64,000 nucleotides of DNA from Pecten maximus (taxonomy: Eukaryota), in NCBI RefSeq assembly GCF_902652985.1, contig NC_047025.1:26412001-26476000 (forward strand). Reading direction: 5' to 3'. Made by a program: the position numbers and the translations under genes. A model generated the notes under the pieces. The model did no database searches, was not told where the DNA came from, and saw nothing but the letters and a program-made list of their open reading frames with translations. Of the stretch, positions 38,601 through 49,700 are shown piece after piece; the first letter of the stretch is position 1; every line of letters begins with the position of its first letter.

Positions 38601-39673
38601 ACAATTTAATCGTATGAAAACAAAAACAAAAGTGAACCAGGAGAGGGCCAGTTTATTTACGTTGGTTTGCCAAAAATCTGGACGATATTGTCAACAGGAC
38701 AAAGACCAGAAACGCAATAGGTTTCATACTTGATGTTTCTTTGTATGTACCTTAATCCCGTATAAACGAAACATGCTCTGACATAGTCCATAACCATGCA
38801 CTTAAAATGTTGTTCGCCTTTCTCGGAAAAGATAGCTCTCCTTACAAAATGTCGTTCCTTAATTTTGGAATGCTGAATAGTAAAGAGTGAAAAAAGCTAG
38901 ATGTACTGACAGACGAGATTCATTAATAATAATCATAAGTACTTTGGAATTCTCCAAAATTCAAATTCCATTTTATTACTTCTGGCGTAAAAATACGACA
39001 AGCCCTGACTTAATAGTAATTATAGGATTGATGTTTTGGTTTTCTTTTGGATTTTAAGCTGCTAATTATTGCAGGAATTATTAACTTAATGGATTTTTAT
39101 CCACTCTGACTGAATCAAATGTGGAATGATTTCGTTTTACCCATTCTCTGGTATATTCTGCCATGACGGTATGATGTGAATTTTGTGCGAGCATACGGAC
39201 ATTGTTTTAAAGTAATCAATCATCAACGGTTCACTGCAACGTCAGTACCAACGTGATCTGTATTCGCATCCGCTTGTGGCACTGGCACAAAAAGTATCCT
39301 ATTCATGAACCAAGTCCAATTGGTACCCTAGAAAATGGCTACGGAACCAAATCTGATTGAAAGGTTCTTTGCATATGATTGATTGTAACGTTTCTCTTCG
39401 GATAAACCCAGCAAGGCAATTTTTATAATCGACCTTTTCACCCGATCTTTCGCAGAAATCTTTCATGTGCACAGCGAAATCTACAATAGTGGTTTGATTT
39501 TCTCCAAAGTCTCATTCATTTTTCTTCTTCTTAATTTTGGTTGCAAGTTTGCCTTTTCGAAAAAATTGCGATCGATGTTAATGTTCATGTCCGATATTGT
39601 AACTTCATGTTTGTTTTAGTATCGAAACATCCTTGAACGAAAGCAACGGATCGTAACTAAGTATTTGTAATTT

Positions 39674-39820
39674 AATGGTATACTGTAATGGTATACTGTA
39701 ATGGTATACTGTAATGGTATACTGTAATGGTATACTGTATTGGTATACTGTAATGGTATACTGTAATGGTATACTGTAATGGTATACTGTAATGGTATAC
39801 TGTATTGGTATACTGTATTG
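39674..39820. repeat. 13-bp minisatellite (AATGGTATACTGT)n, ~11 copies
   Basis: Read directly from the sequence. Confidence 0.93.
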
Positions 39821-40000
39821 TGTAGAACGTTTTAGTTTAATGTACAAGTTGGTAGATTCAATATTTGGTAGACAAAATCACGGTCTCCAACGTCGCCGAT
39901 AATAAAGCGTAAGTAGCAGACTTATAAGCTATGCTTTCATGTTTCAAAATGTTCATGAAGATACATACATTCAAATTGAAAAATACAAGATACAAAATAT

Positions 40001-40960
40001 TTGTATCAGTTGCAAAACTTTTTTCAGTATCTGATGTTAACGTATCAAAATCTTCCAATGAATAACACGATATATACAGACAATGAGAAAAGTCGATCGA
40101 CAATCCTCACTGAAGGATTTTCACTGAGAGGTAAGAAGTTACCCGTCTACAATACCAATCCTAGAAACACATATGACGAAGATAACGTTGTAATTAGAAT
40201 AAAAAACGTCCCATTGTCAGCGGACGATGGGCAAATCAAACGTGCCCTAATTAGGAGAGACATTGAGATAATGAGCTTCTACCGTGAGAAACTTCGAGTG
40301 GAAGGCAGACTTACAAACTGTGAGACTGGTGATAGAATAGCTGTTGTCAAAAAGTTTGTGTCCCACCTGCCTCCATTAATGGAAGTAGGAAGATACAAGG
40401 CAGTGCTATTTTACAGAGGCCAGCCAAATCCAAATAGCAAATGCACAAAGTGCCTTGAACCAGGGCATATGGCTAAAAACTGTACAAATGACGTTAGATG
40501 TAGACAATGTAACAAATCGGGCCATATTAGGTCAGAATGCAAACAAGGGTGGTCTGATGAAGAATCATCAACTCTAAATGAAGATGAAGACTTGTCAGAA
40601 AACGCCTCTTCAAGTTCAGATGAAACTTCATGCGATGAAGATACTAAAGATACAGTTTCAGAGCTAAAAACTTCAGCATCGGCTGTACAAGAGCATTCCG
40701 AAGTGTCACAAACCACAAGTAAACAAACACAGAGAAAGAAAAATAAACAGAAGGCGCACAAAAGAGACACTAAGAGAGATACTGACAATATAACAAACAC
40801 CATAGAAAAGTTTCTGAAACAAGGAAGAAACGGAAATACAACTCCGTCTCGAAAATCCAGTCAGATGACTGCTGAAATACGTACACCACCAACTCCGACC
40901 GAAATGTTGGAGGCTGGAGGAAAAGCTAAGAAAAAATCCAAAGACGATAAACAAAACTAG
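40001..40960 (+). CDS. LINE ORF1, gag-like nucleic-acid-binding protein with two CCHC zinc knuckles (probably 5'-truncated)
   Basis: CTKCLEPGHMAKNC and CRQCNKSGHIRSEC knuckles, followed by an acidic then basic low-complexity tail. The ORF is called from a TTG and its first ~20 codons look like flanking DNA. Confidence 0.82.
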   Translation: MYQLQNFFQYLMLTYQNLPMNNTIYTDNEKSRSTILTEGFSLRGKKLPVYNTNPRNTYDEDNVVIRIKNVPLSADDGQIKRALIRRDIEIMSFYREKLRVEGRLTNCETGDRIAVVKKFVSHLPPLMEVGRYKAVLFYRGQPNPNSKCTKCLEPGHMAKNCTNDVRCRQCNKSGHIRSECKQGWSDEESSTLNEDEDLSENASSSSDETSCDEDTKDTVSELKTSASAVQEHSEVSQTTSKQTQRKKNKQKAHKRDTKRDTDNITNTIEKFLKQGRNGNTTPSRKSSQMTAEIRTPPTPTEMLEAGGKAKKKSKDDKQN

Positions 40961-41730
40961 TAAAAATATTTTGCAATACATATGTAGATCTGTGGAAATT
41001 AGTGACTTTATGGAACTTGTATCCTTTTATTTCCCAGATCTAAAAGTATCAAATATATCGATGAAATACAAAGTAATTAATACAAAACGAAGACATCGAA
41101 AATGTAAGTTCAAAAAACATTTATTAATGCATGAAATGTTCAAAAGATGTAAATATAGATGTGTATACATTGTACATGTATATGTTTATATTTCCTTGAA
41201 CAGAACTACTAAGTAATGCACTTGCAATTGCGTAATATTATAACAAAGATACATTTTCAAATATATAGTCAATATTATAGAGAAATGTTTGAAAAAAGAT
41301 GTGTAATTTACCCTTTTATGAATACATATAGCATATGTGTAATACTTAACCAAATATTAGGTAACCTAAACCATATATGTAAAGATAAATATAATTCACT
41401 GAAAACATGCCTATCAATATATAGATATATACATTACGGCAAGTTATATTATATGTATGAATGTATATTAAGAATCATCCAATATTGTATGATTTACAAT
41501 TATATGTATAAATGTACACAAATATATATACGCAAAGTAGTAATAATTACGTTAAGAAATATTCAACATTATATGATATACTATTATATGTATAAATGTA
41601 CACATGTATATAGATGCAAAATAATAAGTTTACCTCCCAAATATCATATTTATATGAAATTGGATATGACTTTATATACTTGCACAATATTTAGTACAAA
41701 AACAATAAAACAAATAAAATAATCTGCAAC

Positions 41731-44700
41731 ATGACAAACACAATACACTGCATAACCCTAAACACACAGGGTCTAAGGGAAAAACAAAAAAGGAACAGAT
41801 TTTATCAATGGGTAAAAGAACAAAAAGCTAGTATAATTTGCATACAAGAAACACATTTTACAAAACAAATCATCAAATATATTAACACAGAATGGCAGGG
41901 AGACTTGGTACATAACTATGGCACGAGCCAAAGCAGAGGCGTTTCAATCTTAATAAAAAAAAATTCTAATCATGATATTCTTAATACATGGTCTGATGAA
42001 AACGGGCGATGTATAATGATCAACCTTAAAATACATGAAAACATATTTACCATTATCAATGTTTATGCACCAAACGACAAATATCAAAGAAATAGTTTTT
42101 ACAAGAAAATAAGAAATGAAATAGATAGATTCCATCAAGGTGCCATTATAATGGGAGGTGACTGGAATGATATTCAAGAAAACATTGATAGAAAATCAGT
42201 AAAAAAAATAGAAAAGTGTGTACATAGTCTTAAAATACTTAAAAAGGAATTAAAACTAATAGATATATGGAGAATAAAAAACCCTAAAAAAGAACAATAT
42301 ACATGGAGAAGAAAACACTCCAAAAAGGAAGCTAGTAGAATTGATTACTTTTTAGTATCAAGGGAGATAACTACAAAACTAATAAAAGCAGATATTCGTC
42401 CTGCCATGATCAAATCTACTGATCACCTAGCTGTATCGCTAATCCTAGATAACTCTAATCCAGACAGAGGACCAGGTTACTGGAAATTCAACAAAAGTCT
42501 CCTGAACTGTGAAGAATACAAAAATTTAATAAGAAAAGTCATAAAAATGTACGATGAAAAAGTAGAAAATAAAATCATAGAGGCTAACACAGCATGGGAA
42601 ATGTGTAAAATAGAAATTAAAGAAGAATCAATAGCTTTCAGTAAAAGAAAAGCCAAAGAAACAAAAAGTACAATACAAGAAATTGAGCACTCACTTAAAA
42701 ATCTATATGAACAATCAGGCAATGAAAAAAATGATGAAATAAATGAAATGGAGGCTAAATTAGAAAATATATACAGTAAACAAGCATACGGCGCGCAAGT
42801 CAGATCAAGAGCCAATTGGTTAGAAAAAGGAGAAAAGAATACCAAATATTTCCTCTCTCTAGAAAAAAATAGACAAATTAAAAAATCAATAACAAAAATT
42901 AACAATGAAGAAGGACTCATGCTAAGTAAACAGGATGATATACTCAATAGAATACGAGAATACTACAAAAAGTTATATACAACAAACAAAGCTGACCCAC
43001 AACAAATATCTTCCTATATACAACAAACAAAAATCGAAAAAGAATTAGACGAAAAAGAAAGCCAATCATGTGATGGACTAATCACTAATAAAGAAATTAA
43101 AGAAGCAATCAGTCATATGAAGTTAAATAAGTCACCGGGTATTGATGGTCTAACTGTTGAATTCTACAAAGAATTCTGGCCGTACATAGAAACCATGCTA
43201 TTAAAAAGTTTTAACGAAAGCTACCAGAAAAAGAAACTAACAGCTTCACAAAGACAAGGCGTGTTATCACTACTATACAAAAAAGGCGATCCACTAAACT
43301 TAAAAAACTGGCGACCTATCGCGCTCCTAAACATAGATTATAAAATTCTAGCAAAATGCTTAGCTCAGCGATTAAAGACAACTCTCCCAAAAATAATAAA
43401 TTCAGATCAAAATGGATTCATTAAAGGAAGATATATAGGTTACAACATTAGACAAATCAAGGATATACTCAACTACACAGAAAAGCATAAAATAAATGCA
43501 GCAATATTATTTTTAGACTTCGCGAAAGCGTTTGACACAGTTGAATTAGAATTTCTTTACCAAACACTCTCCAAATTTGGCTTTAACCAACACTTTATAA
43601 ACTGGATTAAAATACTATATAATAACATAAACTGTGTAATCAGTAATAATGGTTGGATATCCGAACCAGTCAAAATATCTAGAGGTATCCGACAAGGATG
43701 TCCAGCATCAGCATTACTGTTCGTTATAGTGGCAGAAATCATGGCTACAAGAATTAGGAGTGATCAAAATATATTAGGCTTATCCATAAAGAACAATCAA
43801 CAACGTCCATTCAAGATATCGCAGCTAGCCGATGATACTACATTATTTCTAAAATCAAAACAAGATATTAAAAAAGCCTTAAACATAATAGAAACATTTG
43901 GTTCACTCTCAGGATTAATTTTAAACAGAGAAAAAACTAAAGGTTTAAGACTAGGAAGTCAAACAAAGATTGAAGATGAATTTGAAGACATCACATGGAC
44001 AGATGAAATCATTAAAGCACTAGGGGTACACTTCTGCCTTAATCACAAAAAAATGTTAGAAATGAATTGGAATGAGAAAATAGAAAAAATGAAAAAAATT
44101 ATAAATAACTGGAAAAGGAGAAAGCTAACCATGATCGGAAGGGTACAAATAGTTAAATCCTTACTCTTACCTCAACTAACATTTTTAATATCTATGCTGC
44201 ATATAGACCAAAACACGATAAAACAAGTTGAAAAGATAATATATAATTACATTTGGGAAGGAAAGACAGAGAAAGTAAAAAGAAACACAATGATTAAACC
44301 ATACATAGAAGGTGGTCTGAACTCCATAGACATAAGATCACATATTGACACAGTGAGAATTAATTGGCTTAAAAAACTGGAAACCGAAGATAAAGCACTA
44401 TGGAAAGTTATTCCACAATTTGAGATAAATAAGTTTGGTTCAAACTATCTCATATGTAAAATGAATTTAGACAATTTAAAAAATCTCCCTAACAGCGAAA
44501 ATATATCTCCATTCTATTATGAAATTTTATCAACATGGATAAAATTTAAAAAATCAGATGAACCCAAAAAATACAATGAAATACTTGCACAAATTATATG
44601 GGGAAATAAATATATAAAGTTTAAGGGCAAAACCCTCCTATTCAAAAACTGGATAGACTCCGGTATAATTACAATAAAAGACCTATTACAAAACAATAAC

Positions 44701-45507
44701 AACTTAGATGAAAACAATATATATCGAAAACTCATTAGAAAATGCAACTGGCTATCAGAGATATCGATGTTTAAAAAAGCTATACCAAAAATATGGCTAA
44801 GGAAAATAGAAGAGAGTGATGTAGATCTACAGAACTTTACAGCCAGAATAAAAAATCAACTTATGTTGAAATTCCCAAAACAAGAACCTATCAAAATTGA
44901 AAAATGCACAAATCAAAAAATTTACAAACATATTGTCAGCATGAAGTCAGAAAAACCAATAGCTCACTTATACTGGGAAAACAAGCTAAATTTGAGCGAC
45001 ATAAGTATTACAGTGAAATGTTCAAATGAATTCATATTCAAACATTTACAAAATAATAAACTGAAAGAATTTAAATGGAAATTCTTAAATAAAATTATAC
45101 CAACGAGGGAAATATTACATAAATGGAAAATTAGTAAATCACCGAACTGTAACTACTGCAAGGTAAAGGAAGACTACGAACACTACTTCATAAAATGTGA
45201 ATATTTACAAGTTCTCTCAAACAGATTAAAACAAATATTTGAAACCCTTGGTTATAAAAAAGATATGCTAACATTAAAAAACTTGGTTATTGGATATAAA
45301 ATAGAATACCCCAAATATAATGAAATAAACCACCTGCTAACAGTAATTGGATACAGTATATACAAAAGTTACTACATCAGTGAAGCAAAAACAAAACAAA
45401 TTAATATTATTAACATTCTTAAACAAGACATACAAATGACAATTGAAGAAAACAAATACAGAAAAATCAGTTGTAAAATCTTCCAAGATGTACTTCCCCT
45501 TCTATAG
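41731..45507 (+). CDS. LINE ORF2: AP endonuclease + reverse transcriptase + C-terminal Cys/His zinc domain (1258 aa, uninterrupted)
   Basis: Endonuclease motifs TLNTQGL, CIQETH, NVYAPN, GGDWN, SRIDYF, TDH. RT motifs KSPGIDG, NWRPIALLN, LDFAKAFD, GIRQGCP, QLADD. C-terminal CNYC..EDYEHYFIKC. Confidence 0.96.
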   Translation: MTNTIHCITLNTQGLREKQKRNRFYQWVKEQKASIICIQETHFTKQIIKYINTEWQGDLVHNYGTSQSRGVSILIKKNSNHDILNTWSDENGRCIMINLKIHENIFTIINVYAPNDKYQRNSFYKKIRNEIDRFHQGAIIMGGDWNDIQENIDRKSVKKIEKCVHSLKILKKELKLIDIWRIKNPKKEQYTWRRKHSKKEASRIDYFLVSREITTKLIKADIRPAMIKSTDHLAVSLILDNSNPDRGPGYWKFNKSLLNCEEYKNLIRKVIKMYDEKVENKIIEANTAWEMCKIEIKEESIAFSKRKAKETKSTIQEIEHSLKNLYEQSGNEKNDEINEMEAKLENIYSKQAYGAQVRSRANWLEKGEKNTKYFLSLEKNRQIKKSITKINNEEGLMLSKQDDILNRIREYYKKLYTTNKADPQQISSYIQQTKIEKELDEKESQSCDGLITNKEIKEAISHMKLNKSPGIDGLTVEFYKEFWPYIETMLLKSFNESYQKKKLTASQRQGVLSLLYKKGDPLNLKNWRPIALLNIDYKILAKCLAQRLKTTLPKIINSDQNGFIKGRYIGYNIRQIKDILNYTEKHKINAAILFLDFAKAFDTVELEFLYQTLSKFGFNQHFINWIKILYNNINCVISNNGWISEPVKISRGIRQGCPASALLFVIVAEIMATRIRSDQNILGLSIKNNQQRPFKISQLADDTTLFLKSKQDIKKALNIIETFGSLSGLILNREKTKGLRLGSQTKIEDEFEDITWTDEIIKALGVHFCLNHKKMLEMNWNEKIEKMKKIINNWKRRKLTMIGRVQIVKSLLLPQLTFLISMLHIDQNTIKQVEKIIYNYIWEGKTEKVKRNTMIKPYIEGGLNSIDIRSHIDTVRINWLKKLETEDKALWKVIPQFEINKFGSNYLICKMNLDNLKNLPNSENISPFYYEILSTWIKFKKSDEPKKYNEILAQIIWGNKYIKFKGKTLLFKNWIDSGIITIKDLLQNNNNLDENNIYRKLIRKCNWLSEISMFKKAIPKIWLRKIEESDVDLQNFTARIKNQLMLKFPKQEPIKIEKCTNQKIYKHIVSMKSEKPIAHLYWENKLNLSDISITVKCSNEFIFKHLQNNKLKEFKWKFLNKIIPTREILHKWKISKSPNCNYCKVKEDYEHYFIKCEYLQVLSNRLKQIFETLGYKKDMLTLKNLVIGYKIEYPKYNEINHLLTVIGYSIYKSYYISEAKTKQINIINILKQDIQMTIEENKYRKISCKIFQDVLPLL

Positions 45508-46715
45508 AAAGACACACAAAACAGATATTCCTCTTCAAAAATACCCCACTTCTCCAAGGATCTAGTTACTTCCTCTTCTTAAAAGGGAAATTCCTCTTCA
45601 AAATACTCCGCCCCAAAATCTATAAAACAATACACATAAATTTAACAAGACATTCAATAGACAACATCACAGAAATATACACAGATACCTGACCTCTGAC
45701 CCTATACCTAGTACAGAGGGGCCCTCAAGGGGAACCTGAACCGTATATCATATTGGAGGAACATTCCTCACAATATTTTACAAGTAATAACCACAATATT
45801 TTACAAGTAATAGCAATAAACAAAGCTAAAATAATAAGTATAATTATGTATATACTATATAACCAAATATATACATTGATATATTTCTTTAAACGAAAGC
45901 ATACGTAATTAGGTCGATAAATGAAACACGTGTTCTGGTCCGTGGTTGAGCAGACGAAACCACTACGCCGTAGTCTACGGTACATTAAAGGTAACGAAGT
46001 TTAACTTCTTGTTTCAAAAAATATATGGCATATTTATCGCAATAACAAATAAAAAAAACAAAATAAAATAGTAATACATACCAATTCTAGCCTTCGCCAT
46101 GATACGGCATCCTCGAGAAACACATGTGCATGGCCACGATATCACGCTGAGCAGTCGGAACACCTCGGATTTCATTCTATGACAACACATCCAAGGTGTT
46201 CCGAGATAGTGAGATTAATCTACCAATTCCTTTCTTTACTGATTATTATTGTTATCTATATAGATTTCTATTTCATTATTGTTATAAAAAAAATTAATAA
46301 ATAAACAAAATGTAAATATCCATAAAACGAGAAAAAGTGAAAATATGCTGATTGTAAGGATGACGAGTGAAAGTAGAAAAATATGAATGAATGAGTGAAA
46401 GCCCTCCTGCGAGAGGACACGTATTGTATATACATGTATTATGTGTAATATGAATAAAATGTGTTTTTATCAAAAAAAAAAAAAAAAAGATTTAAGGCAA
46501 TATGCCTGTTATATAATGTGATTGTATGTAGATATAAAGACACTTGTCAGTGCATAGATAGCTGTCATTTAAACACAGTCGGGTGTTTGTACATAATCAC
46601 ACGAAGTAAGCGTAGTCATTAGCGGGGAAAAGTTGTATAACCAAAGTTGTAGGCGACTATAGATTAAGAAAGGCACAGCTAGTGCGTGACATCAATACCT
46701 TACTGAAGACACACA

Positions 46716-49700
46716 ATGACTGACGTTACACCACAAACGCCCTACATAGACGGATTCGTCAAAGATGGTTTTGAGAGAGTCAGAGACGCGTTCAGGTATG
46801 TAGATATTAAAGCTTTAACATTTCCGACAAAGAGTAATTATGATCAGTTTAAGATAAGAATACACACAGCTAGGATTCGATGTGTCGATTACCTTACCTA
46901 CCGAGGACACCAAATCACTGACGTTTCACCAGAGCCGGATTCGTCAACGACGGTTTTGGGGAAGTCAGTTACGGGTATATTAATTTTATGGAGGATTAAT
47001 ATAAATATTTGTGCAATCAAGATAAAATGCGTTTAGCTTGGTTCAGCGTAACTTATCAAATCGATTGTTTTAACGCTGTTCTGTATGAATTAGTAATACC
47101 ATATATATCTATCAAACTCGAAAGTCTTGAAAATAAGCCGTACGTTTTACTAAGTCTTATTTCTTATTTAAAAGTTGTGAGCTATTTAATCATTGAACTA
47201 TTGAATTTAGTTCCATCAGTGAATTAATGCTTACAGAAAAAGTTGTTTGAGTTTAGGTGGGATTTCCTCACCCTGGAACGTCACCTACATTAAGGCAACT
47301 CTATTTTAAAAAAAAAGCTTATTTAATCTTCAAAGTAAGAGTATCTTTATAAACAGACGAAAGTTTTTAATGATATTCGTAGTTAATTTTATTTAAGATG
47401 TATATAGGGTGCATCTTGAAAGGTCCGGAAATGGTTATATATTATACTCTCCATTTTTTCGGACCAGACAGTTGATCAATTATGACGTCACCAAATCATA
47501 ATGCGATGTCATCGACCACCAGAAAATTAATATAAAATACATAATACATAAACGAGAATAAATAATGATATTCTGTGCCTTTATGTATTAAACAAAAACA
47601 TATCTTGTTGATAAGTGTTCTGTATATAACCGTCCAATCCATTTTAAATATCAAAATTTTGAACACAATCATCTCCTGTGTGATGAACAGTACGATTTAT
47701 TGACCTATACGTCCAATCTCAGGATGGGTCTGTATATAAATCTTCGCTGTGGTTATCTATACCTTCTCAGTATGAAGCGATTACATCATTGCCACTTAAC
47801 CACACGGTAAACATCCGGGGGCATATTTCAATATAGGTACATGTTTGTCCGTGTTAATCTTGGGAAACATAGATCTACCGTTATATAACTTGCTATAAGA
47901 CATTTAGATGACAATGTCTAGTGACACAAATACAACGTAACAGTCGTCTGAATAAGTTATTCATTACCCATACCTATACACGGATGTCGTCCACACACGA
48001 ACATACATATGTGTAGCTCTCGTGGCTAATATAACATAAAAGCCTTCAACCATTTAACTCGAGCATTTGATGCATGTCATTTAAATTGATACTATAATTA
48101 CAAAACATAAATGATAAATCTTTATATTGATATTGACTAATGCTAAATCTGAGCTAGTCAGATTCAGGACGGTGCCATACATCGGTATCGATAAAACAGC
48201 AGTTGAAGTTTCAACAAATGTCATTTGTAAAATAGTCTCTTTTACATTTTGATCGTTACAGGAGAACACTTTAAAAAAAATCTTCTTGGTTTAATTTCTA
48301 CTGATTGATAAGAGAAATGATTTTTCATTTTATACTGTTTTCAGATCCAATTTGGAGAATGGTTCTGATGAAGGAAGTTCGGTAGCTGTTTACTATGAAG
48401 GAGAGTTGGTGGTAAACTTGTGGGGAGGCTGGGTTGACAAGGAATCAGGATGGAAATGGAGAGAGGATACCATGCCGTGTTTCTACTCTTCTACAAAGAG
48501 TCCTTCAGCCATCGTAATAGCACACCTTGTTGACAGGTAGTATAGCTATTCCCTCAACCATCGTGATAGCACACCTTGTTGACAGGTATTATGGCTATTC
48601 CATCAACCATCGTTATAACACACCTTGTTGACATGTATTATAGCTATTCCATCAACCATCGTTATAACACAACTTGTTGACAGGTATTATGGCTATTCCC
48701 TCAACCGTCGTGATAGCACACCTTGTAAACAGGTATTATAGCTACTCTCTCAACCATCGTGATAGCACACCTTGTTGACAGGTAGTATAGCTATTCCCTC
48801 AACCATCGTTATAGCACACCTTGTTGACAGGTAGTATAGCTATTCCCTCAACCATCGTTATAACACACCTTGTTGACAGGTATTATAGCTATTCCATCAA
48901 CCATCGTTATAACACAACTTGTTGACAGGTATTATGGCTATTCCCTCAACCATCGTTACAGCACACCTTGTGGACAGGTATTATAGCTACTCCCTCAACC
49001 ATCGTGATAGCACACCTTGTTGACAGGTATTATAACTATTACGAAGGACAACAAGATTCGGTTTCAATAGCACAGTAAATAGATAATCAATAGTTTAGCA
49101 TTGACAAATCAGCCTCGCTTTTAAACACGTCTCCTCAACCCATTTGGCGCCAAAGCATGTAGTGAGCCTACCTTTTTATACCGACTTTATTTGTATTCAA
49201 TGCTGATTTTATAAGTTTTATATGAAATGGTCAATGGAAATGCATAATAGCATACCCATTACTGCTTCAAATTGCTACACTTAAATTAGGTTATGTAAAT
49301 GATATGTTATTTAATATTAACGATACTATCGATGTAATATTTTTTTCAAACTTAAAATATTTACAATATGGCCATTATCTTCTGTTTTGTTCAGAGGACT
49401 TCTAGACTATAAGGAAAAGATATCAAAATATTGGCCAGAATTTGCACAGAACGGCAAGGGGGACATAACTCTGGAAACTTACATCAGTAATAAGGTATGA
49501 TTCAGCTAAATTAAATTTTTACATAAAGTAACACATATAATCAAATACAATGTTTGTTGGAGACGATGTATTTGCAGGAGACCGTTTTTTATTGTTATCA
49601 TTTTCCCTGTATTTGACGAAGGCTGGACTAAGCGGAAATGAAGAACCATTTTCTTTACGGCTAATGCTGGATGATCCCCGGAAGTTTGAAGACATATTAG

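Larger units (their letters stand above)
40001..46488 (+). mobile_element. Non-LTR retrotransposon, Tx1/L1 clade (ORF1 + ORF2 + ~1 kb 3' UTR + poly-A)
   Basis: Two-ORF layout, strongly A-rich sense strand, AATAAA at ~46453 followed by a poly-A tract at 46472-46488. The 5' boundary is uncertain and I found no target-site duplication. Confidence 0.92.

Noticed and set aside
42477-42947. Antisense ORFs within LINE ORF2, ORF1 and the hydantoinase gene
   Set aside because: Expected shadows of long biased coding strands, with no recognisable motifs.
45930-45990. Hammerhead ribozyme in the LINE 3' UTR (GACGAAAC flanked by stems)
   Set aside because: The required CTGANGA core is not present at the right position.
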